Below are positions 13,200 through 25,445 of a DNA stretch of 64,000 nucleotides, one piece after another. The DNA is from Octopus bimaculoides. Taxonomy: Eukaryota. The notes beneath the pieces were generated by a model, which was not told the origin of the DNA, did no database searches, and saw nothing but the letters and a program-made list of their open reading frames with translations. A program made the translations under genes and the position numbers. Numbering within the stretch: position 1 is the stretch's first letter; the number at the start of each line of letters is the position of its first letter. The stretch lies in the NCBI RefSeq assembly GCF_001194135.2, contig NC_068990.1, forward strand, positions 5,888,157 to 5,952,156, given 5' to 3'.

Positions 13200-14630
13200 A
13201 GATCCTACACAGTTTTGCAATTATCGAACACCTTCCACGTGTCCCCTGGACAATCAGTGCCTTAGGAAGAACATGATATATAGGGACACTGTTACTACCG
13301 GCAATAATACCTTCCACTACATAGAAGCCACAATTTAAACGTAGATTTTATAATCACGTTCACTCTTTTAAGAACTAAAGTAAGCATAAGAACACATCGC
13401 CGGCAGAGTTGATATGGGACTTAAAACTGAGGAGGACAACATACGTGATTTCTTGGTCTGTTGTGACGTCTGCGCTCCCATATATATACGGGAGGAAGAG
13501 GTGAATGCAATTTATGCACAGCCGAAGCTCTAGCAATATTACACAATAGGGATAATATAATATACAAAAGAAATGAAGTTCTGATACGGTGACCGCATAA
13601 ATATTACAGGACATTTGCAAAACTTACATTATTTGTTTCCCCCTCCACCTCTTAGCTATTTTTCCTTCACACATAGATACTTTATTCTTTACACCTAGAT
13701 ACTTCCCCCAGCATACTGTAACAACCCCAGTGTCTAGTATACTATAAGGCATTCCTGCTGAGTGACCCTCTACCATTCCACAGCTACCCGCCCACGGCCC
13801 CATAATCCGTTTACGTTCTCCCTACATATCCCTACAAACCATCCCTCTGTTCGCTTCTTCCTACTCCACTACCATTATGTCTTTCTTCTATTTAGGAATG
13901 TATGTTCGTCCGATTGTCAGTTTACGTTTCTTACAGCTTTTATATATTAAATACCAGCATCCAGTTACATCACTGACATTATACTTCAATTTTCGCTAAC
14001 CCTAATTTGCGTTTATCTGCTATCCCTGTCCCCACAAATTCCAAGCCTTGTGCCTATAGTAGAAAGGATTATTATTATAACTCTTGAAATATGCATACAT
14101 ACCTATTAGTTATTTTTCTATGTTCTGCGTATCCTTCCTTCCTTCCCCTTGATTCCCCCACTTCTTACATAATCTCGACCTACTTATTCATTCCATATCC
14201 ACACTTTCACTCATTTTTTGGTTTCCTTCCGATATGAGCCAAAAATACAAGGTCTGAAAGACGCACAATGTGACAGTACACCTTTGATGCAAGTTTGATG
14301 TATTGCCTCTCTAATGCTTAAAATCGCAAACATTACGTAAAGTTTTGCGTAAACTGGCGTTGAAAATAGAGTTGGTACAGAAACAATTGTAACGTATCAT
14401 TAACGATGTCTTAAAGAATTTTGTTTATCTTCTTATCATTTGTGTATATTGACCGTTGACTGAACACTATTCAATTTTTTTTTCTCCGTGTTTTTCTCCT
14501 TGTCTCCGTATTCTTTCTGTTGAAGAGCGTAGCTCGAAACATCAAAGACTTTCCGTATTCCCGAGCGTCATACTAATACATCCTTTTGTTATTTACACCA
14601 CCTGTCCTCGTCTGTTGTTGTTTTTTCGTA
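13200..14630 (+). mobile_element. Penelope-like element 3' region: GIY-YIG endonuclease remnant (about 13216-13620), 3' tail and terminal repeat
   Basis: CNYRTPSTCPLDNQCLRKNMIYRDTVTTGNNTFHYIEAT..RRFYNHVHSF..LIWDLK..SWSVV..CNLCTAEALAIL..KRNEV matches the PLE CxC..CPL..CL..(G)IY..YIG..RF.NH..CNLC pattern, with stops and frameshifts. Confidence 0.85.
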
Positions 14631-14637
14631 TATTCTC

Positions 14638-14672
<35 letters not shown>

Positions 14673-15319
14673 GAGATAGTGAGAAAGAGAGACCAGGGAA
14701 AAGAAGGGAGGGACTGGTACTACATTTCTTCCTTGTTTTCAGCCGTTTCAACAACATATGTGTCAAACGAATCATATAAAATAGTGTAAAACATGAATAT
14801 AAGCGATGATTATATAATATTGATTATATATTATTGATTATATAACAGAAAACTCATAGCCATTTCAAACATTCGAACAAATTCACCTATATATACAAAT
14901 CGTTTAGAGGGAGGAGTTCATATTCTTGTAGGAGGTTCCACAAAACATGCAAAAAAAAAAGAAAGGGTAAAAATGATAGCTGTTGTGTATCAGTTGATAA
15001 TATCATTTTTGAAGTTGAACTTATTAATTAATTTGAGTATCGAGACAGTTGTCTGATCGTGAGTTTGTATCATTGTACAGTGTCATCAAACGACTGGGGT
15101 GGGTTTTCCTGGAATGGCATCAAAGAAAACCTTAATGATCAGAGATATAACAGAGAATAGAGAGAGGCTCAAAGAAATGGGTGAGAGAAGGATAAATTGA
15201 AAGGATAAGAACAATAGAATTAAACGCTTAGATGAAAGGAGTGAATAGCTATAGGCTTAAAGGAGACAAGCAATTGCTATGGGGTTAGTGATATATAATA
15301 CATATATGTGTGTGTGTGT

Positions 15320-15396
<77 letters not shown>

Positions 15397-15700
15397 NNNN
15401 NNNNNNNNNNNNNNNNNNNNNNNNNNNNNNNNNNNNNNNNNNNNNNNNNNNNNNNNNNNNNNNNNNNNNNNNNNNNNNNNNNNNNNNNNNNNNNNNNNNN
15501 NNNNNNNNNNNNNNNNNNNNNNNNNNNNNNNNNNNNNNNNNNNNNNNNNNNNNNNNNNNNNNNNNNNNNNNNNNNNNNNNNNNNNNNNNNNNNNNNNNNN
15601 NNNNNNNNNNNNNNNNNNNNNNNNNNNNNNNNNNNNNNNNNNNNNNNNNNNNNNNNNNNNNNNNNNNNNNNNNNNNNNNNNNNNNNNNNNNNNNNNNNNN
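15397..15700. other. Assembly gap (N run); others at about 23518, 25463-26118, 32117-32884, 33878-34090, 39635-39879, 48855-48954, 50970, 53426-54244, 61449-61825 and 62439-63178
   Basis: Runs of n, almost all bordered by (AT)n or (GT)n tracts. Confidence 0.98.
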
Positions 15701-15701
15701 N

Positions 15702-15736
<35 letters not shown>

Positions 15737-16425
15737 TTATAATCAAATAGATAGACATGTAATGAGTACAGCAAATCGAAATTATCACTAGACGTACAAG
15801 ATAATGAAAAAGTGAAGTGTGAAAGAAAGGATATATAGGAGCGACAAAATAAGCTGATATAAGAAGTTTAGATGATAAGATAAATGTTACACCAACGGTG
15901 ATGAAATGCGGTATCATCTATCGATCTATATCAGTGTGTCAGTGTGCATGTGTAAGTATATGCGTGTTTGCATGTTTAGATATGTATCTGACGTGTTCTA
16001 ATAAACAAAAAGGGTCTTAACAAAATTGGAGAAGAATTTAAATAATTCTTTTAGAAGTTAGTCACATAATTCACATTGTATGTGTCTGTCCACTTCAAAC
16101 CGAAGATGCGATTGATAAAATATGTACCAGTAATATACCCAGTTCAAAATTCAATTCAGCAACCTTTCTTTTGCACAACTTTATCATTTACTCAACTTAA
16201 AGTAATCAATAACTTTTATAAAATTTCCATTTCTCTTACTTCCATTTTTTTTCTTTCATTTTACTTTATAAATAGGTTTGTCTTCGTTTCTTTCCCTCGC
16301 GATAATTTCTAGTTTATTTATGTATATTTCATTTAAATTTTTCCACATAAGCTACTACATGATACCGTTAGTCTTTGCTGAATATTGTCCAGAATCTTCT
16401 GTCTTATGTTTCCTTTATCCCTCAG

Positions 16426-16491
16426 GTTTAGAATTAAGCAAAGAGATACTGCAGATGCTATTGACATGATCAAGATTCTGGGAATAGCTAG
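16426..16491 (+). CDS. Candidate exon A of an unidentified multi-exon gene (phase 2-2): (R)FRIKQRDTADAIDMIKILGIA(R)
   Basis: Acceptor TTATGTTTCCTTTATCCCTCAG, donor AG|GTGATG. Only one frame is open, and it is compatible with exon B. Confidence 0.55.
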
Positions 16492-17072
16492 GTGATGCTA
16501 AACTATTTGGTATTACTCATCAATTCCAGAATTTTATTTTTTACTTTCTTTTTCTTTTTACTTTCTTTAGGACGGTTTTAGATGGGGTGGCGGCAATGTT
16601 CTTTCTTTATTCGATATTATTTTCTTTAAAAGTAATAAAAATAGCATATAAGAAAATAAAGTATTTACTCTTTGTTTTCTTACCATTATGCTATTTTGTA
16701 TTTAAAAAAAAGAAGACATATATACCAAAATGAAATGGAAAAAAAATCTTCTAAAACAAAAAGAAAAAAGTAATTTTGTTGTAAACTTAAAAAGCAAGAC
16801 ATGCAAACAGTAAGTTTGGTAAAAAAAAAAAAAATTAAACATAAAAACATAAAACAATACAAAGTAAAAAAAATGTGAGCAATTTTATTTATTTTAATCT
16901 TAGAAACAGTTTCATGCTATATATTGGTTTAAACTAAAATTGATTCTGTTCACTCGCGTCCTATTTTATTCCTTTTAGCTTTGAGCAATGTTTAGAAGAT
17001 ATTTTCTCTCGTTTTCCCTCTTTCTCTCTCTCTCTTAATCCCTCCCTCGTTTACCCCCTCTCTCTCTCTTTA

Positions 17073-17123
<51 letters not shown>

Positions 17124-17408
17124 CTTTCGATATACACATATATAAATACATACACGTGGATACAAACACATACATCTACCGCACCAAACCACACACCTCA
17201 GCACGCAAATAGACAGAGAGAGATAGAAAAAGAGATTTGCCTATACGTGTGTTTGTATACATTTATCTATTCACCTATTGCTTTCTCTTTCTTATGGTGG
17301 CCCTTCCTTTTTCTAAACCTTTAATACACACTTTACTGTCTCATCGAAGCTTTTTTTTTCTTTTCTTGATCTTTAAGAAGTTGACAAAGAAATTATCTCA
17401 TCTTTCTC

Positions 17409-17513
<105 letters not shown>

Positions 17514-18299
17514 CTTCCATTTCCCTTGTTAAATAGTTCTCTACTTTTCTTTCTCTCGGTATCTCTATCTCCACTGTTTGTACTTTCTGTCTCGTTGTTC
17601 AGTAAGATTTTAACTTTAATTTTTAAGTAATGTGGTGGAAAAACATCTTTTTCTCCTTTAATTTATATCCTTCACTTTCTTTCTCTCTTATCTATCTGTC
17701 TTTCATTCTTTCTTTCTTTTTTGCTATCTATCTATCTATACTTATTTCTTTCATTATTTTCCGTATTTAAGCAACATAATGACTACCTATATTTCATTCT
17801 TTAACTCTTTCTATTTTTCCTATCATTTTCGTATTAGTCTCTTGTCAGCTGTTATTTACTCAGTCGATTTTGCAAAATATATTACAATACCATTTAAATA
17901 CACAATAAAAAAGAAGTAGATTCGGAAAATTGAAAATTGAAGGCAGTATTAATGAACAAAGTGTAGCTAGCTATTGACTGAAGATTTTGAATTCATCGTA
18001 GTCAAATTAAATAGCCATTTAATAGGAGAGTTTAACACGGTAGTATTAGATTGAACGCAACGATCATACGACAACCAACTAGAAGAACGAAACATATCAA
18101 AACTATCACACTCTCCGGCAAAAAATCTGAAAATCAGCTATAATAATGTAGCCCACAATGCTATAGAGAAGCATCTTCACTAGATGGGAAAGGTTCATGC
18201 TCTTTATGGAACTTTTCTATCATGAATCTGCAGTTACTTTATAACTGTTGACAAGTATGAAAATGCTTTCCTCGGGTGACAACTGGCTTGAATACATGT

Positions 18300-18830
18300 T
18301 TTGTATTTCAAACATACGACCAGTTGTGAGACAAGAAAATGCAAAAGCAGCCCCAGTGTCTCCTTCTATATTTGTGGTTGATAAACTTTACTTAGGCAGC
18401 GAAACAAAATCACATTGAAACACTGAAATAGTGATTGTTTGAAATACTGAAGCCGAACATGTCCAGCTTTGTCTTGTGAGAAAATTACGGTTATTGCTGG
18501 ACGAGTAGTTTTTTGAGAGCATGTCTGAAAATGAAGCATGGAACGCTTTGGTTGCAGTTGTGTCTAATTTCCTGGGAAAGAGGAACTCATCAAATTATGA
18601 AGAATTTGTACAGACTCTGCTACCAGTATTTCTACACAGTCAACTGAACTACTTCTCTGAAAATCGTAGTAAAATAAATCATGCGTAAAGAGAAAGATTC
18701 CACCAAGAAATTGAGACCATGGAGACTAGGTATCAAGGAAGGTGGAACGCAAATACCATGGCTGACTACCGCTTGTCTCTGCAAAGAAATTGTCGTGATG
18801 CAAGTTATTCACGCAAAGCAGCAAATGCTT
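18300..18830 (+). mobile_element. Decayed DNA-transposon transposase C-terminus, probably CMC/Chapaev3-type
   Basis: One frame reads EAWNALVAVVSNFLGKRNSSNYEEFVQTLLPVFLHSQLNYFSENRSKINHA*RERFHQEIETMETRYQGRWNANTMADY, i.e. the FLHSHL..SDE.GERFHQ.I..ME.RYQGRW..MADY motif. The superfamily label is from recall, not a search. Confidence 0.7.
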
Positions 18831-18949
18831 ATTGCTAATTGTCTTAGGTGTCTGTGTACCTGCGAGTGGGTACAGACTCCTCTCGGTCTCCCTTGAACCA
18901 GTGGAACAACCAGGAAAGCACAAATGGAGGAAGAGATGGCTGCACTCGA

Positions 18950-19105
18950 ACTTGATTGGTAATCATTTCAAGTGATTAGATTAGAATAATGTGAAATAAA
19001 CTGCTTTGCTAAAGGATAGAATATGCAGTCTGGCCAAATAAAATCGAACCCATATCTTTATGATAGTGAGATGAAAAACCTGACCGCTAAGCCGCTCACG
19101 TTCAC
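18950..19105 (-). mobile_element. Decayed tRNA-derived SINE
   Basis: Minus-strand head GAGCGGCTTAGCGGTCAGG...GGGTTCGATTTT (A box/B box). Confidence 0.6.
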
Positions 19106-19759
19106 AAGAATATAAACGTCTAAACGTCAATTATTTCCATAGTAATGTAACACTTACTACCGTAGTCGTAATCCCCATCGTTATCAGAATTTTTTCTCTG
19201 CAACCATTGCCTCCTTTATCTCACTACCATATTCCTCTGAACATCATCATAATTCCTTAAGAACATCGGCAACGCGTAAGGTCATCATCGTCATCTTTCA
19301 CACGATCACTATCGCCCTCAGCACCAGCATTACTAACATCACTGTTGCGACAATATTTACAAAGCCAACGATATCGACAATGCGCTTACTGCCTTTATTA
19401 CGTCACACTCACACGATCCGAATCCACATCCAACCTATCGCCATAGCGAGACTACCATCACAACAACAATCAAACCACATTCTGCTGTCTTAAATAAGGA
19501 AATAATTCTTTGTCTAATGTAGTCCTGATCACGTATAAAATACCTTTGATCATAAATCTGCTACATCAATGTTGATATGAAGTTAAACAATAACATCCAG
19601 AACAATCGCCGTTATCATGCCGACCATATGATAACGAAGTGAATTAAGTGTCTCTACCATGGCTACAGGAATAGGCGTAGCATTGTATGGGAAGTTATAA
19701 TTCATGGACACCGAGCCGATACAACGATAATCAATACCAACACGACAAGCTGGTGACCA

Positions 19760-19935
19760 GCTAAAAATAACAGCCAGGTCACTCTCAAATCGTACTCAAG
19801 TGTCTTAAATAAAGATGGAAATATTGAGCAAGGTAGTTTCGGACATACACAATATGGGGATGATTACAGGCTCAAGACTCTTGACCGTAGCGCTGGTTGA
19901 TCGAAGCTGACCTGGGACTAAACACCAACACCATA
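19760..19935 (-). repeat. Dispersed repeat family X (unclassified); other copies at about 21690-21900, 35125-35250, 43385-43600, 45905-46115 and 46325-46430
   Basis: Shared consensus GTTGTTTAGCCCCAGGTCAGC..GATC..CAG..CTATGATCAAAG.CATTCCAGCCATGAC...ATTTGAG.GA..T.GCTG.TATTTCTAG recognisable in at least 6 places. Confidence 0.7.
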
Positions 19936-20154
19936 CTGACGCAAATTTTGAACAAGCAAAATACATCAAGTAAAATTCATTGAGGATGATTCCAATTTGT
20001 ATGATAAGGGATGGTAAGCCGACAAGTCATTGGTGCACAATTTTTGGCTGGTACTCACATCATTTATGCTTACCTTAACCACAATGAGTTCTAATCGACT
20101 GAGTTCATCTAGTTCCAGTGTATATAATATATATTGCATAGCATTTCAAAACAG

Positions 20155-20280
20155 ATTTTAGTATAGGCGCAAGGTTTGAAATTTGTTTTATAGGTTAGTC
20201 ATTTCGATATCTTTATTGGCTGTACTTCATTTTTTCGACCCCGAAAGGATGACTGGCAAAACTGATTTCGACTGGGACCA
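20155..20280 (-). mobile_element. Decayed SINE copy
   Basis: AGGCGCAAGG...TCGACCCCGAAAGGATGA is shared with 33665-33877. Confidence 0.7.
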
Positions 20281-20673
20281 AATATTTTGGTAGATGAGCA
20301 TGTGCGGGAGGGATTTAGAAGAAGAAAGGACATTGGCGATTGGATTACAAATGAACTCCTCATGCGCATGTAGAAGACACAATAAAAGAACTCCGTGCAG
20401 ATGCTCGATCTACTAAAAAAAAGTCACATATCCCTCACATCATACCCTACCGTTTTAGAAAGGAACGGGAGACAGAGGATGAGATAAAGCAGTTTAAAGC
20501 ATACCTCTAACAAGATGGGATGTCACACCTGGTATAAGTATGGTCATAGGACAGCTCAATCAGGATAGAGATAGCGCTAAGTACAATACTTACACACAGT
20601 AATGACATGATTAACTTTGTCAATGATTTGAACATTGCAAAGCGAATGGAAATAAAATGGTGAGAAAACCAAA

Positions 20674-20797
<124 letters not shown>

Positions 20798-21149
20798 TAA
20801 ATCCTAAAATTCGTTTCTTTGAAATCGAAGTGTGGAAATAAATGTTTGATTCTGTTCGTGATATCGTCAATAGTAATTTAAAACAAGTGGGTGTTTTGTA
20901 ATAATTATAAATCACGTATCGGTGTTAAAACACCTTGATTTGCTTTGTACTACTCGAGTGGTTGCGGTGATGGTAGAGGGGTGTATATTTTTAATCACTG
21001 ATTAGGTTTAACTGCTCTGCAAAATTGCTTAACACTTCTCCACCTTACCTGCCCTTGTTAGCACTACTACAATATTCAGAGTGATGTGATCGTAACGATG
21101 ATTGTTACAGGTAGGAGAGATAGATACGGCTGTAGGTATGGTGGTAGTG

Positions 21150-21168
21150 GTCGTCGTCGTCGTCGTCG

Positions 21169-21256
<88 letters not shown>

Positions 21257-21280
21257 GGTGGTGGTGGTGGTGGTGGTATG
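21150..21280. repeat. Compound trinucleotide array (GTC)n(GCT)n(GAT)n(GGT)n
   Basis: Direct reading. Confidence 0.95.
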
Positions 21281-22274
21281 GTGTTGGTGGTGGTGGTGCT
21301 GATGCTGGTGATATCGGTGATGATGATGCGATACTGGTGTTGGTATTGACTATCGCCGTCGTAATGATATGGTTGGTGGGTTTTTTGGTGTTAGTGATGG
21401 TGGTTTGTGCTGGTGATGATGGATTATACTGGTGGTGGTGGTGGTGCAGGTCATCGTTGTATCGGGCATTTGAGTCTATTGTAGGTGGAATCAATAAAGC
21501 TTTTTGGGAAGTCAGTTATTACGGCAAAAGCGCGATGGTCCTGAGAGGTGAGCTAGAACTTCTTCTAGCACTCGTGGTGCTGGCAGACACATTGTCTTGT
21601 TGTTGTTGCTACTACAACTGCTGCTGATGTTGTTGTTGTCATCGTCGTTGTCCTTGTTGTTGTCCTTGTTGTCGTCGTCGTTGTTGTTCTTGTTGTTGAG
21701 TCCACAAGTCAACCTCGAGGCAGACCAGACCATACTCTAGAGACTTTCCAGGATTAACTGTCTCGGTTTTTTTTTCTTTTTTACAAACAAACTATATGTA
21801 AGACAGCATTATCCAATGTGGCCTTACTTTTCGAGAGCTGCAATTTGAGGAAGGCGTAGCTATTGTTTTCTAGTAGTTCGAGTGACCATTTACAGCTCTT
21901 GCTCTTTGACTCGACAGAGATTAGCGTGGTTCTTTTGACAACGAGAACCCTCCTGAACGAACAGACACACGAACAATGGCATTCCAAAAATAATCATACC
22001 GTCTTTTTGTATGTATGGGGAATTCATTACTCAAATATCTTTTCCTAATTTAACATAATAGGATTTAACTTGAGGGCGATTTAATTGTTTCGAGTAAACC
22101 GAGCAATCACGAAGAGGTTTCCCTTATTGAATTGATAGATACGTTATAAAAGGTGCTGCTGTTCTGATGTGAAATTGTGTGTTGTGAAATTGTGTGTTGA
22201 AACAGATATTGTTATATTTAGGGAGGGTCATTGTTTTCTTCTTTTTTTTTTGCCAAATAAACATGCACTATATA

Positions 22275-22524
22275 TTCGTTCTTCACTTCAGATTGGTTAT
22301 TGTTATTTTATGTCCTTTGTCTTGAAAGCTTTCAGCACACATTCTGTGACCTCTTCAGCCACACTCCATCCCACGTGTCTTGTCCTATTCTGCTTAGTCC
22401 ATCAGAACAAGAGAAGACACGCGGGATGGAGAGTCGCTGAAGAAGTCACAGTATGTGTGACGAAAGATTTCCAGACAAAGGGTATAAAATCAGAACAATA
22501 ATAAATTTGAAGTGAAGAACGAAA
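22275..22524. mobile_element. Foldback element: about 120-bp imperfect inverted repeats around a 10-nt spacer, each arm carrying a hammerhead-like core
   Basis: Arm 22275-22392 is the reverse complement of 22403-22524 with scattered mismatches. CTGAAGA-A-GTCACA-GTATG-TGTGAC-GAAA at 22437-22465. Confidence 0.85.
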
Positions 22525-23462
22525 TACGTGTTTATTTGTCAAAAAATGACCATCCCGAAATATAACAATATATATAATCAACTTACGTTTTGCGTTCTAT
22601 CAAAAATCCATTTAGGTTTTTTTGCTATATCATGGGAATATATATCAAACCCAATTCTTGACAGTCATTATATTATCGATCTTGGAAGTAATAAATGCAA
22701 GGTTAATCTACCCAAGATTTCAACACAAGAGTTGCAGGAACCGTCACAAAACACAGAAAAGCATCTTTTTATTTGACGCTCTAGCGATGTGCAAATCCAG
22801 TATGTAAACCTATTTTCATACATAAAGCACAAATGCTTATTTATATTTACCTACTCCAGTCAATCGAACTATAAATAATTTAATATATTGTTTCACCTTA
22901 CCAGTATAAATCGGTTACCCACCCTATTGATATTTTCGAAGAATCTGTGTTATCCATGCGCGACAAGTATGTGAACTGAATCGATGCAATGTATAGCTAC
23001 TTTCTCGAAGGAAAATGTATTACTTGCACTGGATTGGAAGACATTATGCACGAGCAAATAGGTCTACACCACATTCTCACTCCCATCAGTGCGTTTTTGT
23101 ATACGTATATGAACACATCAGCAGGGTGTAGTGTTTGTTGTCGACACAAGACATGCTCCCATGCTAAACATACTACTCAGGGATAAAATATAAGCATACA
23201 AACTGTAGACTATTTCTATGCATGTTATGACTTCTGCTTGACTTAATTTTTGTGCTCTGTATGCGTGTATAGTCAGATTTGCAAACAAATTACAGCTAGA
23301 TTAAATTACGATACTAACAGATTTTTTTAGGAATAAGGCAAGCTTACTATCTCGATGCATGTGCCACGCCGGTTAGCTACTATACACGGTAAACAGAATA
23401 TATGACCCGGCAAACGTTATATATATATATATGTACATATGTGTGAGTTTGTATTTGTGTGT

Positions 23463-23517
<55 letters not shown>

Positions 23518-23529
23518 NNNNNNNNNNTG

Positions 23530-23572
<43 letters not shown>

Positions 23573-23747
23573 GCGCGTACATTGCTTAATGCTGGAGGAA
23601 AAAGAAAGGAATGGACAATGCATGTTGTAGAGTATATGTTGTTTTACTAAAACTCTCCGTTATAATTTTTTAAAAACTATACACGAACATACACATTCAT
23701 GCACACCCACGCGCACGGATACACACACAAACACACACATACACATA

Positions 23748-24871
23748 TACATTCCACAAAAGTCACCTGGAGATTTGAAACATTTTAAAATATTTTATTA
23801 TTTAAAAATATAATTTCCACACTTTTTTAATATTTAAAAATAGTTTTATACAGAGTAAAAATTTAAGCATAAGAAATATAGTCCTATTTAATTATGAAAA
23901 ATTATATAACATGACAGACCTCCAATTTCGACTTCACAGACTTGTGGTGGACAAAAGATTTCGGAATTTCACGAAATAATTCGTCGGCTAAATTTTGCGT
24001 TAGAAGTTCCATAGATGCCTCGTCGCTCCATCTTGTTGAAACCACATCTCAGGTTTGTTCTGCTCGCTGCTGGACGCAAAACAGTCTTGGCCATTACCCG
24101 ATAACGTTCTCTATTGATTGTAATCGCATTGCCATTTTCATTTTCAAAATAAAAAGTCTAGTGGTTATTTCTGACGTCACACCATATGAGACTGTGTAGT
24201 TGAAACGTTGCAGCTTGCGTTGATGAATATTCCTAGGATCCTCTAATCCCCAAATCCGACAATTCTCATTATTAACAAAACCATCTAAATAGAAATAAGC
24301 ATCGTCACTCATAATTAACTTATTAATAAATTCGTTGTCTTCAACAGCCGCCCTTTGAATCTTGACCGAGTTATTTAAGCATTTTTGATGATCTGCCGGT
24401 TTTAAGTTCTGTACTAATTTCAGTTTGTATGGGTACAGATGCAAATCTTATCTAAGTATGCGATGCAATGATGTCCGAGATATCCTCAACCGGTCAGAGC
24501 GTCTGCGAATCGATGTTCCTAGATTTTGTTCAACGCTGTCTTGCACACGCTCACGAGTCATCTGTGAAGTGATAGTACGCGGTCTTCCACATCATGGCAA
24601 GTCACTCACTGAACCATATTACCTAAAACGCTGAATCAACAGATGAATCATGAAATTAGATGATGGTTTTCTGGCACTGAAGTGTTGACGGTATTCGCTT
24701 CGGGTGCAAATGGTGGATTGGTTAAATCAAACATACATTGTTCACTGGTGAAATTTTCCATGGGTAATTTTTTTATGCTAATCTAAGTTCTGAAAAGAGA
24801 AAGAAATAAGTATGAAAACTCTGACGTTATGACATTTTGAAATTCTTTGGTAAGTTTTGAGACACCTTGTA
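23748..24871 (-). mobile_element. Tc1/mariner-superfamily element (DUF4817/Tc3-rosa-like lineage), degenerate
   Basis: Terminus TA|CAAGGTGTCTCAAAACTTACC at 24871. Peptides GRPRT..SIRRRS..SLHRIL..LHLYPYKLKLVQNLKPADH..IMSDDAYFYLDGFVNNENCRIWG and WFQQDGAT. The other TIR is degraded (TACATTCCACAAAAGTCACC). Confidence 0.85.
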
Positions 24872-25391
24872 TACACAAACACAAACATATATCTGTGTGT
24901 GTGTGTATGTATGTATGTATGTAGGTAGGTAGGTATATTGTGCACCAGAACGTTAATAAATGGTTTGAAATTTTGAAATTTTCATAATGCATTAATTAAA
25001 TAAACCTTATATAATCAATATACGAAAATATGATACTATTTCTAGTTTCTTATCAACTTTTGGGGCAACTTGTATATACACATTCATATCTGGATTTATA
25101 ATGGAATTAACTTATCTTTTAGGCTACAATGGTTTCAGTGTTTGTTTGTTTTTTTTAATCTCCAATCGTATAGGAAATATAAGAAATATTTTGATAAAAT
25201 ATTTCTTTTAAATTCTTCAGTTATATGGTATTTCTTCAACAATTTTTAAAAGCTTTTTTCTTTCTATACCCGACTTCCCTATCTCCCTTAATAATAACCC
25301 TCAATCCTGGAGGATAATCTCCCTTAATGATATGTTATTTTCCCCTCAACTCGAAGCAACTGCATCGTTTCTGTTATCTTAGTCATTAGTT

Positions 25392-25445
<54 letters not shown>

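Noticed and set aside
15257-15917. Long ORFs containing X runs (also at 25.3-26.1, 32.0-32.9, 39.5-40.2, 53.3-54.3 and 61.2-63.2 kb)
   Set aside because: Open only because N gaps contain no stop codons.
21086-21733. Poly-His/Gln/Asp/Gly ORFs resembling low-complexity proteins
   Set aside because: Open in several frames on both strands because of trinucleotide arrays; no convincing splice or start context.
21827-21951. Minus-strand exon-like segment with an open frame and a GTAAGG donor
   Set aside because: The donor and half the segment lie within a family-X repeat copy.
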